Below, piece after piece: positions 13,556 through 27,309 of a stretch of 64,000 nt of DNA (position 1 is its first letter; the number at the start of each line of letters is the position of its first letter). Both the position numbers and the translations under genes were made by a program. Under the pieces are notes generated by a model, which was not told where the DNA came from, did not search any database, and saw only the letters and a program-made list of their open reading frames with translations. This stretch comes from Octopus vulgaris. Taxonomy: Eukaryota. The stretch is from NCBI GenBank assembly GCA_951406725.2, contig OX597830.1:36890001-36954000 (forward strand), given 5' to 3'.

Positions 13556-14005
13556 CATAAGGGACGTTAGCCATCCGAATGTGGCTAGGGACAGGGCCGG
13601 GCGGTGGGGGTGTTACTGATGCATTTAGCCCCAGGCGATCATCAACGTCACCAGAAGGGCTGACGCCATCACGGCGTCCTCTAGCCTGCAAAGGGAGATC
13701 ATTCCCCGAAGAATTTTCTACATCAGTAAATGTATTTACTGTGAAAATCTTTATATAGATAGCCTGCACAGAGAGTCGTTCGTCTCTGTGCAGGCTATCT
13801 ATATAAAGATTTTCACAGTAAATACATTTACTGATGTAGAAAATTCTTCGGGGAATGATCTCCCTTTGCAGGCTAGAGGACGCCGTGATGGCGTCAGCCC
13901 TTCTGGTGACGTTGATGATCGCCTGGGGCTAAATGCATCAGTAACACCCCCACCGCCCGGCCCTGTCCCTAGCCACATTCGGATGGCTAACGTCCCTTAT
14001 GTTAT
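13552..14005. repeat. perfect 454-bp palindrome (223-bp arms, 8-nt loop)
   Basis: 13552-13774 is the exact reverse complement of 13783-14005, with loop GTCGTTCG. The ORF track shows the same peptide on both strands. Confidence 0.95.
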
Positions 14006-14844
14006 GGAGCAGTTACTGTATATACCTCGTTTAGAGAATTATTATTGCTATATATATATATATATATATTTTATATTTGCATAAGTGTATACATACACAC
14101 ATAATTCACACCCACACTCGCACACATACACCCACACTCGCCTACACACATCCACACTCACGCGCACATACGCACACGTGCGCACACACACCAATGCAAT
14201 TATGTGTATATATACGCATATGTGTGTGCGTGCGTATGTGAGTGTATGTGTATGCGCGTGTATGTGTGTGTGTTTGTGTGTGTGTATGTGTGTGTTTGTG
14301 TCTGTGTGTGTGTGTAAAAGTAAAAATCTGATACAATTCAATTAGTAACCACATAATACGCAGAATGGAAGTTTGATATCTTCCATGAAAATTGAGACGT
14401 AAGGCGTCTTTTTATATTTCTTTCCGAATTATATAAGAAATAGTACTACCCAGTACAACAAAAACCAGAATACCTTCCTAAAACCGAAACAGCAGTAAAG
14501 GCCACTGAACAAGGGAAGTAACTTCTCTGTATATAATGCTGGTAACTAAAATGTGCAAGGGTATGGTAGTGATTACGTAAAATGGGAAATATTAATCAAA
14601 GAAAAGTGTTTAGAAGTTTTCTTACAAGACTGGAAAAGCCAGAGGAGTGAATCATTACATATTATAAGGCAGAATTATAAATATAGTTAAAAAAACGTAG
14701 ATAAATCATGAAATGATGTTAAAAGTGTTGTCAAATAGCAATAAGAGAAAATTAATAATAAATTTCTGAAAATCAAGAGAATATATTTTAATTTTTAACC
14801 TTTGGTTGTCTCTGTCACTGGTGTTCCGGCTTGGGGGGTTCGGT

Positions 14845-14970
14845 TCAGCAAATCGACCCCAGTACTTGTCGATCTGTTTTACTGAACTGATAGGTTACAG
14901 AGACGTAAACAAACTAACATCGAGTGTCAAGCGGTAGTGGAGGACAAAAATAAGCACACACACACATACT

Positions 14971-15023
<53 letters not shown>

Positions 15024-15170
15024 CGGGATTCTTTCAGTTTCCGTTAACAAAATCCACTCACGAGATTTTGGTTGGCCCGAGGCTATAGTAGAAGACACTA
15101 GCCCATAGTTCCACGCAGTGGGATTAAACCCGGATACATGTACTTGGAAAGCAAAATTCTTATTACACAT
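14845..15170 (-). mobile_element. SINE family A copy with expanded internal (CA)n
   Basis: AAATCGACCCCAGTACT...GGCCCGAGGCTATAGTAGAAGACAC...CCACGCAGTGGGATTAAACCCGGA matches family A. Confidence 0.75.
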
Positions 15171-16124
15171 CTACGTTAACGAAATAATGTCAATAATTTG
15201 GATAACTAAGAACTATATATATTCTTGTGATAGTTATTAACTGCAAAACGTTAAAGAAGATCTGAATTTCGGTTACATATACACACACGTACACACACAC
15301 GCACGCGTGCACATACATAGATACATATATATATATACATACATACATACACACACACACACATACATACATACATACATACATACATACATACATACAT
15401 ACATACATACATACATACATACATACATACATACATACATACATACATACATGCATGCATACATACATACATACATACATACATACATACATACAGATAA
15501 TGAAATCTCAGAGAAATGAGAGATAAAATATTTATTCTATGTGTCGATAGTTGTTTCGTAGTCTGCATCCAGTTACATCATCGACGCTAAGATGTCCTAC
15601 TCACATATATGTATACATATAGATGCACGTATTTATTTGTAGTGTAGCACAATGAATAAGATCTCTCGTCAAAACATTTGATGGTCAGTAAGTATTTGGC
15701 TCTGCAAAATTAATTCAGGTCATCTCTTGACTTAAGATATATTTTTTAAGGTTCCGCTCCCTTATCGTGCCAGAATACCTGTTTTTGGGACATAGTAGAA
15801 CGAAAATAAATTATATGTGTGTAGGAGGCTTTCCCGTCGGTGATATAACTGGATGCAGAGCACGAAACTGAATGCCAGCATACAGAATAAATATTTTCAT
15901 AAATATGGAAGAAATATTTTTATAAATTCTCTGAAATTTAATTAATTATTATATACTCTTTATCATTGCACTTTCCGAATTTTCGAAAGGACTGTATTGC
16001 AAATTTTATATCCTAAACTCAACTACTGACTTCTTGAAAGCTTACCGTGATATCCGTTTGACTCTCTGAATCCTTATTCCCGTTGAACACACACACACCA
16101 CGCGTACACACACAGACACACACA

Positions 16125-16218
<94 letters not shown>

Positions 16219-16356
16219 AACGCACAAACTTACATATGGAGATTTATAGTTTTAAAAGGAAATTAATCTTATGAATCAGTAATTGTGACTAAATTTAAAA
16301 CGGCAGGATATCTTCAAAAATTAATGCATTTTATCATTCTGTTAAGATACCATAGG

Positions 16357-16434
16357 AAATCCTTACAATTACATTATAAGGATTATAAATCCTTACAAGT
16401 ACGTTATAATAAATCCTTACAAGTACATTATAAT
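16357..16434. repeat. 24-bp minisatellite, about 3 copies
   Basis: AAATCCTTACAAGTACATTATAAT repeated with small variants. Confidence 0.8.
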
Positions 16435-17041
16435 AATTTTTTCAGTACTTTTCTATCCTGCATTTTTTCCTGTGCCTATATAGACGTGTATATAGATTCA
16501 TTTGTACACGTGTGTGAATATGTATGAGTGGGCAGTTTTTTTAGATGTGTGCGTGTGTGCGGACATAAGAATGCACATATATATATACAGACGTTTTTAC
16601 TTAGTATCTTTCAAAATTTTTTTTTGGGGGGGACATATGTATATTCAATTTTTGTATATGCGTGTGTATGTATGCGTATATAAATATGTGCGGGTATGTA
16701 CATATATGGGCATGTGTGTGTATGAGTGCATAGGGGCTTATCCGTATATGTACGTGGTTTTTATGCTTTGTATACTTCTTTATATTTTTTTCGGTTATCT
16801 TTAACCATGGTTTTTTCTTGTGTTTTTGCGTATATAGACGTATGTATGAACTTTTACGGTACGCATGTGTGTGTGTATGAGGTTGTATATATATGCGTAT
16901 ATATTTGGCGAAAAATGCGAGTGAAGATGTGTACGTTTTCATAGTGACGTATAATTACGCACGTGGGTTAGCGAGCAGAATTATAATACAGTAATTTCCC
17001 TTTATATAACGGTATTTTTTCATAGCGTTTTTCAGATAGCC

Positions 17042-17104
17042 AGATAACCGAAGAGATGGTGTTGTGGATTTCCACTTCGGCATCTGAAACTCAGAGTTTT
17101 ATCT
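17042..17104 (+). ncRNA. degenerate type I hammerhead ribozyme
   Basis: Stem I AGAUAA/UUAUCU; core CCGAAGA (U4C); stem II GAUG/CAUC with inner GUGGA/UCCAC; GAA; stem III ACUC-A-GAGU; U17. The host segment ends at a (TA)n tract near 17208. Confidence 0.6.
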
Positions 17105-17455
17105 TGACTATTGAGTAATGTAACATATTATTTTATAGATAAATTTCCTCTATTTACATAATATTGAGGTCTCTTTCTTTCTTTTGTTATCTTATCGTTT
17201 TTACCAATATATATATATATATATATAGATAGATAAGAAAGTTTGTTTGGTAAAGCACGTGGGTGAATATATAAGAAAATAGTAAAGAGTGAAAAAACGA
17301 CAGAAGGCTTAAATGTTAAAAAATATATATATTTGCGTCAAAATGTCTGGAGAATATTGGAAAAAATTTTTTAAACGATTATCTCCCTTACACCGGAAGA
17401 AATATCGTTTTTATTTAGAACTCTCCGTAGCAAAAATACAAGGATTACGTTATTA

Positions 17456-17514
<59 letters not shown>

Positions 17515-17542
17515 TTTATATATATATATATATATATATATA

Positions 17543-18375
17543 CTGGGTGCGATGAATAAAGTGTCGTCTGAATTACGTAAAAATGAAAATAACATTGACA
17601 TCTCATTTTAACAGATATATTTACCAAAATTACATAAAAGTATCTTGAAATACTAAAGAGTAAATTTATTTACCAAAATCGCACTTGGCCTCAACCACTA
17701 CCTCCAGACGACTTCGGAATCTCCTGCAACTCCTCTTGATGATCTCCTTATTTAAGCTGGTGAATGCTGCCATAATCGTTGCCTTCTGTTCGTCTTCGTT
17801 GTTACAAGGAGTTTTGTTGGTCTCTCGTTCAACTGCACCCCACACATTATAATCAAAGGGGCTGCAGTCTGGGAAGTTAGGTGACCAGATGTTAAGGGTG
17901 GTGCGGTCGCAGAAATTGTCTGACAGCCAGGGCTGGGTTCTCCTGCTTCTGTGGCATGGTGCAGATTCCCGTTGCCAGATATAGGGTCTTCCACCAGCCA
18001 CCCTCTTGACCCAGAGTAGCACTATATCCTCCAGGCACTTGATGTAGGCCTCTGTGTTGAATGTGAGGCTGTGTGGAGCCATAATGTCGCCGTCACTAGT
18101 GATCATTGCAAACAACATGATGCTGACTGGTTGTTTGAATTTTATCAGTCTCGGTACATGTCCTCAGATTGCACTCTCCACAGATTGACGCCCAAACAAT
18201 CCGAAAAGTCCGTATTAGAGCTATCGCTTCCAAATTTTTGGTTGAGTGAATTGCGTCATGGTGGTGTTTTTCTCACAGACCCTACTATACTGTGCAGTCA
18301 ACAAAATTAAAATCAAATGAGGCACATGCGCGAAAGAAAAATATATAATGGTGACAATTTACCCATCGCACCCTT
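17543..18375 (-). mobile_element. internally deleted DD37D (maT/mori-type) Tc1-mariner transposon
   Basis: TIRs CTGGGTGCGATGAATAAAGTGTCGTC and GGTGACAATTTACCCATCGCACCCTT with TA flanks; encloses the C-terminal transposase ORF. Confidence 0.85.
17666..18118 (-). pseudogene. DD37D transposase catalytic/C-terminal fragment
   Basis: YIWQRESAPCH...WSPNFPDCSPFDYNVW is a decayed (Q)DSAPCH...WPPNSPDLNPLDY. There are 37 residues between the second and third catalytic positions, and the second D is mutated to E. Confidence 0.8.
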
Positions 18376-19449
18376 TATTTCCTATATTTTCATTTGTCTT
18401 GCTTATTTTTACACTTTGTTTTTTTTTGCTGAATTTTTTCTTGAGAACACATTCTTCGTGGAAAATGGCGATTTTGACGTCTATATCTAGCATACAGGCT
18501 GTCCACTTTTAGTGGTCAGTCCTCTAAATTCTCTCTCTCTATATATATATTTATATACATACATACATATATGTTATGCATATGGGAAATTCATATGTAC
18601 AACATATTTAATATTTTAAGCTAAAACGCATTAGATATTCACAATAAACAATCAGTAAAATTTTGTAATTAATTTAAATTTATGGTAATGAAACTGTTTA
18701 ATGAGGAACCAAATTAACCAACCTAAAAAAGTAATTGCAATAAAAAGGTTTTCGAAAAATAGGAATAGCTTATAAAAAAAACATCATTCATAGATGAATG
18801 TATAATAAATAACACATTATCATTTATAGTGAAATTGCAATAGGTTATACATGTTAAGTTGAAAGTAACTAATCGTTTTAGTAATTCATGAAGTGTAAAG
18901 TTCAAAGTGTTAAAAGGATATAAAATATGTGTCTGTATTGAGTAAAATGCTGCGGAGGAAACAGAAGTAAATCATACTATAGAACTGGGATGTTGATATG
19001 AATAATAATGTGTTCCATTATTAATGTTGTTAATGAGATTTTGAGAATGTAGGAACAAGGCATGTTATCAAAATATTGATTTGCTGTGAGAAGGAAGTGT
19101 TCATAGAGCTTACTTTTAAGATACTTTTTACATTTGTTTTCTTAAGACAGAGACTACAGAAGTCAATAAAAATGCTAAGTAAGGTTGAGATTATAGGCTT
19201 CACTTTAGGCGAAGTTTATATTTGTGATGGAAATGAAAGAATTTTTTATTATATAAGGGTTGTAAATGTAATTAAGTTTTAAAGTGTGTATTCTCAATAC
19301 ATAGATATAAGCAAGTGAAACTGAAAACAGTAGCTATGCTTATGTAAGTTTGGGATGTGGAAGAAAGTAGCTATAACAGTAATAAATGTGAGTAAATAAT
19401 AGAATTAGGAGTAAATAGTTAAAATCAGGAATGATAAATTTTATCTTTT

Positions 19450-20060
19450 TGTTTTTTGTTCAAATACCTAGGCAGCACCATCTCAGATAATGGATCAGGA
19501 AAACACACGCAGAATTAGCTGAGCTAGTGCTTTATTAGCTCGGCTGGTGGTGAGGCTGCGAAAAAAATAGGCATATTTCTATAAGGGTCAAATGTAAGGT
19601 ATACCAAGCTATTCTGATTTCTTTTCTGCTGTATGGGGCTGACACTTGGACAGTCTTAATTTGTCTACTTAAAACATAAAGCTTAAGTAGATAAGTTACG
19701 TGCATATATGACGAGACAGCTGCGACAAATTCTGGATTATCACTCTGTTGAAACAAGATCAAGTATAAAGAGATACTTTGGCTTGCAGGTCTGCCTTTTA
19801 TGATGGAAATCTCATTGGTAGAAATTTACATCGGTTGGGACACGTACACAGAATGGACAATAGCCTCCCCAGACAATTCCTTTACCTCCAAGTATAAAAA
19901 GGGAAAAGGGACCATGGAAAGCCTATACTGAGATTCAAAAGATACTGCAGAAAGGAATATGAAGTGACATGGGAAACACAAGCGAAAAAGCGACCAGTAT
20001 GGGGAAAGCTTATCAAGCCATGTCAAAGTCATGAACAGTCATAATCGAGGCGACTGCTGC
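19450..20060 (+). mobile_element. decayed LINE 3' region (RTE-like RT C-terminus)
   Basis: Translated fragments FKYLGSTISDNG and ISIRVKCKVYQAILISFLLYGADTWT resemble the post-YADD region of RTE-clade RTs; frameshifts and stops throughout. Confidence 0.7.
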
Positions 20061-20137
20061 AGACAGGAATGATAGTACGGTGTTACTTAAGCGGTAACTA
20101 ATTGCTACAATTATTACAGAATATCAGAGTAAATAGT

Positions 20138-20517
20138 GGCACTCCGTCGGTTACGACGACAAGGGTTCCAGTTGATCCGATCAATGGAACAGCCTGCTCG
20201 TGAAATTAATGTGCAAGTGGCTGAGCAATCCACAGACACATGTACCCTTAATGTAGTTCTCTGGGAGATTTTGCGTGAAACAGAGTGTGACAAGGCCGGC
20301 CCTTTGAAAAACAGGTACAACAAAAACAAGAAGAAAGAATGAGAGAAAGTTGTAGTGAAAGAGTACAGTAGGGTTCGCCACCACCCACTGCTGGAGCCTC
20401 GTGGAGCTTTAAGTGTCTTCGCTCAATAAACATTCACAACGGCTGGTATGGGAATCGAAACAGCGATCCTACGACCGCGAGTCCGCTGCCCTAACCACTG
20501 GGTCATTGCGCCTCTAC
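20138..20517 (-). mobile_element. SINE family C copy
   Basis: The tRNA-like head is the reverse complement of 54728-54800. The tail ACTCCGTCGGTTACGACGAC is shared with 29878. Confidence 0.85.
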
Positions 20518-20969
20518 ATCAGGGTAAATAACTCTATATCAAATGGTAAGATGCGTATGAATTGAAAAATCGGATGAGTAAAAGAAATGGAATAGGATGA
20601 AATATCTGGAGGAAAAAACATAAAACAAGTGGACAGGGATTATACTTGTTTATAGATGTTTTCACAAGCACACACACACACACACATACACACACACATA
20701 CAAACTCTCACTCACTCACCCATCCACTCACTCACTCACCCACTCACTCCCTCACTCACTCCCTCACTCACTCACTCCCTCACTCACCCACTCACTCACT
20801 CACCCACCCACTCACTCACTCACTCACTCACTCACTCACTCACTGTTATACTTATGCGTTGAGTGTACAAATAAGATTTGATCAACTCTTGAAAGGATGA
20901 AAAGCAAAGGTGACCTCGCCAGTATTTGAACTCAGAATGTAAAGACGGACGAAATGCTGCAAAGCATTC

Positions 20970-21003
<34 letters not shown>

Positions 21004-21992
21004 AATGATGATGAAGAGGAGGAGGAAAATGATTTCTTTTATTAAATCCAAGAGCATAAATGATGGGGACACAAACGGTCTAATATGGGGGTGGGGAAGG
21101 CGTTATTCGATGCCATCCAACTCAGTACTTGATTGGTAGATACGTTATCGTGTATAAACACATACATACCCTATATAAATACACGGAAAAACATAGACAT
21201 TCCACTTATAATGCGATGCGCTCCACCCAGCAAACACATTGAGCAACACGAATATATGCAGAGACGACACTGAAACAAAAGACAGACAACATTTAGCTCT
21301 GAAAGCGATGCTTCATGTTGGCTTTGACCGCGAATAGCGAAAAGCCTACCTAAGTAACGATAGAACATATATACCTAAATACATACATACATGCACGCGA
21401 AGGCACATACATGCGTGCAGTATATATCTGTGTGGTCACATTTATTTTTGATTTATTACCTCTGTTTGGTGAAATATCTTCTTCATGAATGATTTATTTG
21501 TTTGTCTGCAGTACGTCTTCGAGAAAAGAAATAAGTTTCAATAGGATAAATATATCTGGGATACGGTAGCATATTACCTTCTTCTTGACTTGATATTTCT
21601 TCTGTTTGGCAGCACATACGGTCTAGGCCAGAACCAATTTGTCTGGTTGCATTCGCATTGAAGTATGCATTACCATTATTTTACCATTATATATATGCTT
21701 TACTCTATACCTTTCCAGAGTTCTCTGTCTCTCTCTCTCTCTTACTCTTTCTCCGTATAATGTATATACACGTGTATATGTTTGTGTGTGTATGTATGCA
21801 TGCATGTGCGTGTATCTCATACGCTCACACACATACACGCACATACAAACATACACAGTTATCTATATAGTTATCTGTATATTTCTTTATCAATTACTTA
21901 TAAATATATTCAGTCTTTCCTTCTATCTGTATGAGTGTGCACCTGTGTATGTGTACGTATGTATGCATGTATGTATGTATATATATAGCTTC

Positions 21993-22069
<77 letters not shown>

Positions 22070-22103
22070 TATCTATCTGTCTATCTATCTGTCTGTATAT
22101 CTG

Positions 22104-22194
<91 letters not shown>

Positions 22195-22223
22195 GCATAC
22201 ATACATACATACGTACGTACATG

Positions 22224-22254
<31 letters not shown>

Positions 22255-22525
22255 AGAGCCGAGAGGTTAGGGTGTTGCACTTACGAACTAGCGATCGTGA
22301 TTTCAATTCCTAGACCGAGTGGTGCATTGTATTCCTGAGCAAAACGCTTCATCTTACGCTGCTTTGCAATCATTTCGAAACCTGACGCTTGGTACACACT
22401 TCACGTGGATTTGATGGAGAGAGTGGACTAATGTGCGGCACGAACATTTGATCAGTATACACAGATCATTTGTGCAGCTCGTTCGGCAAAAGTTGAATGC
22501 TTATAGGTCGTCTTCGACGGGAGAG
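22255..22525 (+). mobile_element. diverged SINE family C-related copy
   Basis: GGTTAGGGTGTTGCACTTACGA...GATCGTGATTTCAATTCCTAGACCG head; the 3' end GTCGTCTTCGACGGGAGAGT resembles the family C tail. Confidence 0.6.
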
Positions 22526-22890
22526 TCCATCATATTACTTATTTATTTAAACGCACACACTCATCCCACACTCCACACATCCAAACATATTTGTGGAAAT
22601 TTGTGTGAGTATACATAGAAACCATAGATATGAACCTACAAATGTACATTGATGCATAGACACTTATACGCAAGTGCACATAAAGATGCTTAGTTATCTT
22701 TCTCGCGTTTTCCGGCTGTTGTCAAAATACTCGGTAGAGAGTGATTGATGACGTCAGCTTCTTCATGAAACATTGTGTGAAGACCAAGCCCTAAGAGGCC
22801 GCTTTATATTCCATACACACACCACACACGCGCGCATACATATCTTAATGCTTGTTTTTTTTTTCAGCTACCATAACAACAGTTTTACAT

Positions 22891-23094
22891 TAATCTGATG
22901 AGTTACACTGTACTTTTGTAGAGCAAAAACTTATTATTCTTAAACAACGTTATTGTTGACAGAGACTTCGAAGTTCGGCCAGTCTGACGATGGCCTAACT
23001 GGTCGGTACATCGAAGTCTCTGTCAATAAGTTCTTGATCAAAACCTCTGATTAGCTCCTGCAGTTTCTGCGCAGGGAAAAGAATCTCTGAGGTT

Positions 23095-23140
<46 letters not shown>

Positions 23141-23545
23141 TTTTGGGATTTGGTTTGCAAGATTCTTTATGTGAGTTTGTGTGTTGAAGCATATTCTGTT
23201 GTGTCTGGGAGAGTTCATTCTCTTTTAGTGCCTTATAATTTAACACACGCACCGGTAAAATTTCCACTTATTTCTTATTTTGCCGGTGAGTGTGTTAAAT
23301 TATAAGGTACAAAAAAAAATGACTCTCCCAGACCAACAGTATATAATATAACGGAAGCTTAATGAAAATAGACAAAAGACACAGGCAGGTGGAAAACAAA
23401 CAAACAATTGTATTAGTATGGCGCTCAGAAAATATAAATAAACAAGTCTTTAACGTTTCGAGCCTACGCTCTTCAACGAAAGATACACGGAGAAAAAAAC
23501 ACAGAAAGAAGGGAGAAAAAATGCGTGATAACTAACGAATCAACA

Positions 23546-23627
<82 letters not shown>

Positions 23628-23696
23628 AGTAAATAAGGTACTCAATACATATATATATATATAGAAGGATACAGACTATATATATATATATATATA

Positions 23697-23727
<31 letters not shown>

Positions 23728-23770
23728 ATTGAAATAAACCTCAGAGATTCTTTCCTCCGCGCAGAAACTG
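22891..23770. mobile_element. nest of Penelope pLTR-like fragments with inverted repeats and degenerate hammerheads
   Basis: IR pairs 22956-71/23011-26, 23061-98/23733-70 and ~23191-23260/23279-23344. Hammerhead-like cores at 22895, 22984 and 23047 (+) and 23447-23483 (-). (TA)n spacers between the pieces. Confidence 0.6.
23447..23483 (-). ncRNA. degenerate minimal hammerhead motif
   Basis: Minus strand UCUUU-CGUUGA-A-GAGC-GUAG-GCUC-GAA-ACGU-U-AAAGA: stem I, stem II and palindromic stem III are present, but the core box is damaged. Confidence 0.5.
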
Positions 23771-24470
23771 CTACACACACACACACAGACACACACACAC
23801 ACACACACATACACACACCCACATAAATATATATATGAAGCAAACTAGCTCGTTAAGAAAATCTCTATAAGAGACGAAAGCATTATCAGTACTGAGATGT
23901 AATATGTTTATCGTCATCTAAACACGCGTGATCTCTTAGAACAGACGATACTGCTGTTTTAACTCCAGTAAGACGCCTCTTCTGGCTCGTTATTCAGTGC
24001 TCTCCACACACAATATATAATGCATGCGGAGAGAGAACTCCCTACTATTCCAGCTATCGAGACCACCAGATATATACTTTCTTTAAATATTGTGACTGCA
24101 TCACACACATACACACATGCTTTCATTTGTGAATCTACAGCTGTATTCTATAATGCATAGCATGCTTATTAATGCAAACATGTAAACATAATTTTGTTCC
24201 ACACTGAAATTATTACTACATGAAGGCTGCGAAACAGACGCAATCCTAAAACTGTGAAGTGGTAAAATAATTATATTCATTTCTTATTCCCCATTGACTT
24301 CCTTATTGTTTTCACACACATATGAATCCGTAACCATTCATGAATTGTATCTAATTAGTACTGATAACTAAAACTGTTGATGGTGTCGGAAATAAAGCTT
24401 ATCATCAGTCAAAATGGGCGCTCTTTTTCACATCTAACTTAAGTTTATTTCCTGTTTTGCACGGGCTTGC

Positions 24471-24532
<62 letters not shown>

Positions 24533-24718
24533 TCACTCACTCACTCACCCATCCACTCACTCACTCACTCACTCACTCACTCACTCACTCACTCACTCAC
24601 TCACTCACTCACTCACTCACTCACTCACTCACTCACCCACTCACTGACTCACCCACTCACTGACTCACTGACTCACTGGCTCACTCATTCACTCACTCAC
24701 TCACTGTTATACTTATGC

Positions 24719-24826
<108 letters not shown>

Positions 24827-26828
24827 CAAAAACATGCAGAGATTTAGACATGACGTCGGATACTGGAATGGTAAATCACTGGATTTATTAGTATCCCAAT
24901 CAGATTAAAATGAGAGGTTTTATTGAGCACGCTTTCGAAATAAGTTAGAATTAAAAATCTTTCTAATTTATAAATAACATAATTAATGACATTTACTCAA
25001 GGGTGGTTTCATATTATTTTCATTGTTGTTATTTATACCCAAATACGCGAGCAGATCAACGACCAGCTATGTCTAATATTTCAGAGACAAATATGAACAC
25101 AGATAGGTTTTAAAGCCTATAAGTGATTGCTACACCTGTTAAAATTAAAACCCAATCTTCTTACAAATCACAGCCAACTATCCATAAAAATGAAAAAAAA
25201 AAATACATAGAGAATAATGTAGTTTTAGATATATTAGGGTCTGAATGTTAGATGGGATTGTCATGGGTAGAATTCCTTTGATCATATATTTGTTGTACTA
25301 GTGCCAATCTCGTGTTAGCCCTGAACTGCGACATAAACATACCATAGGACAATAGTTCTGTTATATAATATAAATAATGTAACCTATTTGGTGCAGAAAT
25401 CTTTTAAATCATTATAAACCTGCACCATAAATCAAAAGCCTCGAACAAGGAGCCAACGAGGGACCTTCAAACCAATGGGAGGGAGCCATCACGAAAGCTT
25501 TATTTGATTTTCAATCTCCTCGGGATTAATACGAAAATCATATCAAAATCCACATCAATATTGATGTTCCATATAAAGATTTTCTAAATAGTTATATTAA
25601 AAACGCTGGCTACTTGCTCGAAGCATCAGATTTATGGTTGAGGTTTAAAGCAAACTGGAAATCATCTCCATTCGGATAACATTATTTATATTATCAGTAT
25701 ATACTGCAAGGCAGCCATCTTGCAAAATCATTGGATTTAAAACGCTGGGTTTTTTCTTCAAGTTTTTTAAATTCTAAGATCAAATCGCATTGGGATCAAC
25801 TTTGCATTTCATCCGTCCGGGATCGATAAAAAAATATCACTCAAGTATTGGGGTAGACAGTATCGTCTAAGTCCCTCCTATTAAAAGTTACTGGCCTTGT
25901 GTTTCAATAAAAAAAATAAAGCCCTACTTGGTATAACGAACCGGTCCCTTTTTTGCCCTTCGGCATATGTTATTGCTCTCCTTTGCTAACCACAGTTTAG
26001 GTCTAAGCGATTCAGCAGACATATCATCATAGGTATTCCGTCCATGTTCACCTCATCTACCTTCCGAACATACTGCACCTACAACTGCATTTGTTCATGC
26101 TCCCATCATGGTTTGAACTGGTTCAGTTACCATTCGTGGGTGATTTGGTTGTTTCTCAAGCAAGTGTAATGATAACATAGAGACATCCTCATTCGCCTGT
26201 GTTCAAGCGTAATATTAGGTTCACTAAATGATAAATAAAATTTGACATGAATAAATATAAATTTCTTGGAGAGATACCCAGGATTTATTTCCTTATATTT
26301 TGCCGCTCATTTAGCTGTAAGCTTCATTTTTAAATGATGGGTAACAGTATTGCATTGAGAATGACACTAAAGTTTGATGTGAAGAATAGCTCTATGAATC
26401 CAAACATGATTACGAGACACATATGTCTTTTTCTTAGTAGGCTTCCTCTAGGTAAAAGATTTTCAAAAGAATTATAAAGGCTAAAATCAATTTAAAATTT
26501 TGTGGGCCTTGAAGCAAATTTGAATATTCGTGATAGATGCCAAAGTAGGAAGCCATTAAAGGGTGCTGCGAGCGTAAGATAGCCGAAAGCAAATTATTCC
26601 CTATTGCGTAAAGAGTCAAAGGAGAAGCTTACAGTAAAATATTGCTCTCGAAATATTTGCCTACTGTGTAGGATTTATGACCCAATGACTTTGCAGGTTA
26701 TAAAGAGGTTATTCGCTTTAAAGACTGAAGTGTATGCATAGAGGTACACACACACATACACGCTCATAATGCATATATTTATCCATTCAAATATACATAC
26801 ACATATCATGTAGATATATATATCAATA

Positions 26829-26877
<49 letters not shown>

Positions 26878-27008
26878 GCATATATACCTGTGTACATCTA
26901 TATACATGTATATACCTACTTATAAACTATATTTTATAAACATACATATATTTATATCTTTCTTTATACATACTTATATACATCTTTCACTTTTTCTCTC
27001 TCTGGATG

Positions 27009-27074
<66 letters not shown>

Positions 27075-27149
27075 GTATGCATGTATATCGGGATACACAC
27101 ACACACATATATATATATACTGTATGTATATGTGCATGTATATCGGGAT

Positions 27150-27203
<54 letters not shown>

Positions 27204-27278
27204 GTATATGTATGTATCTATCTATTTCTCCCCCCTCTCTCTCTATATATATATTCACATATGTGTGTGTACGCACAC

Positions 27279-27309
<31 letters not shown>

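Noticed and set aside
13930-14000. Twister-like words (UAACAC...GUCCCUAGCC) and CUGAUG motifs in the palindrome arms
   Set aside because: The required P4/P2 partner strands, or a stem II plus GAAA box, could not be found.
13506-14084. Identical MQAIYIKIF... ORFs on both strands
   Set aside because: A consequence of the perfect palindrome; non-ATG start and no recognisable domain.
16357-16434. Short repeats superficially like a CRISPR array
   Set aside because: No unique spacers and no cas genes in a eukaryotic context; an ordinary minisatellite.
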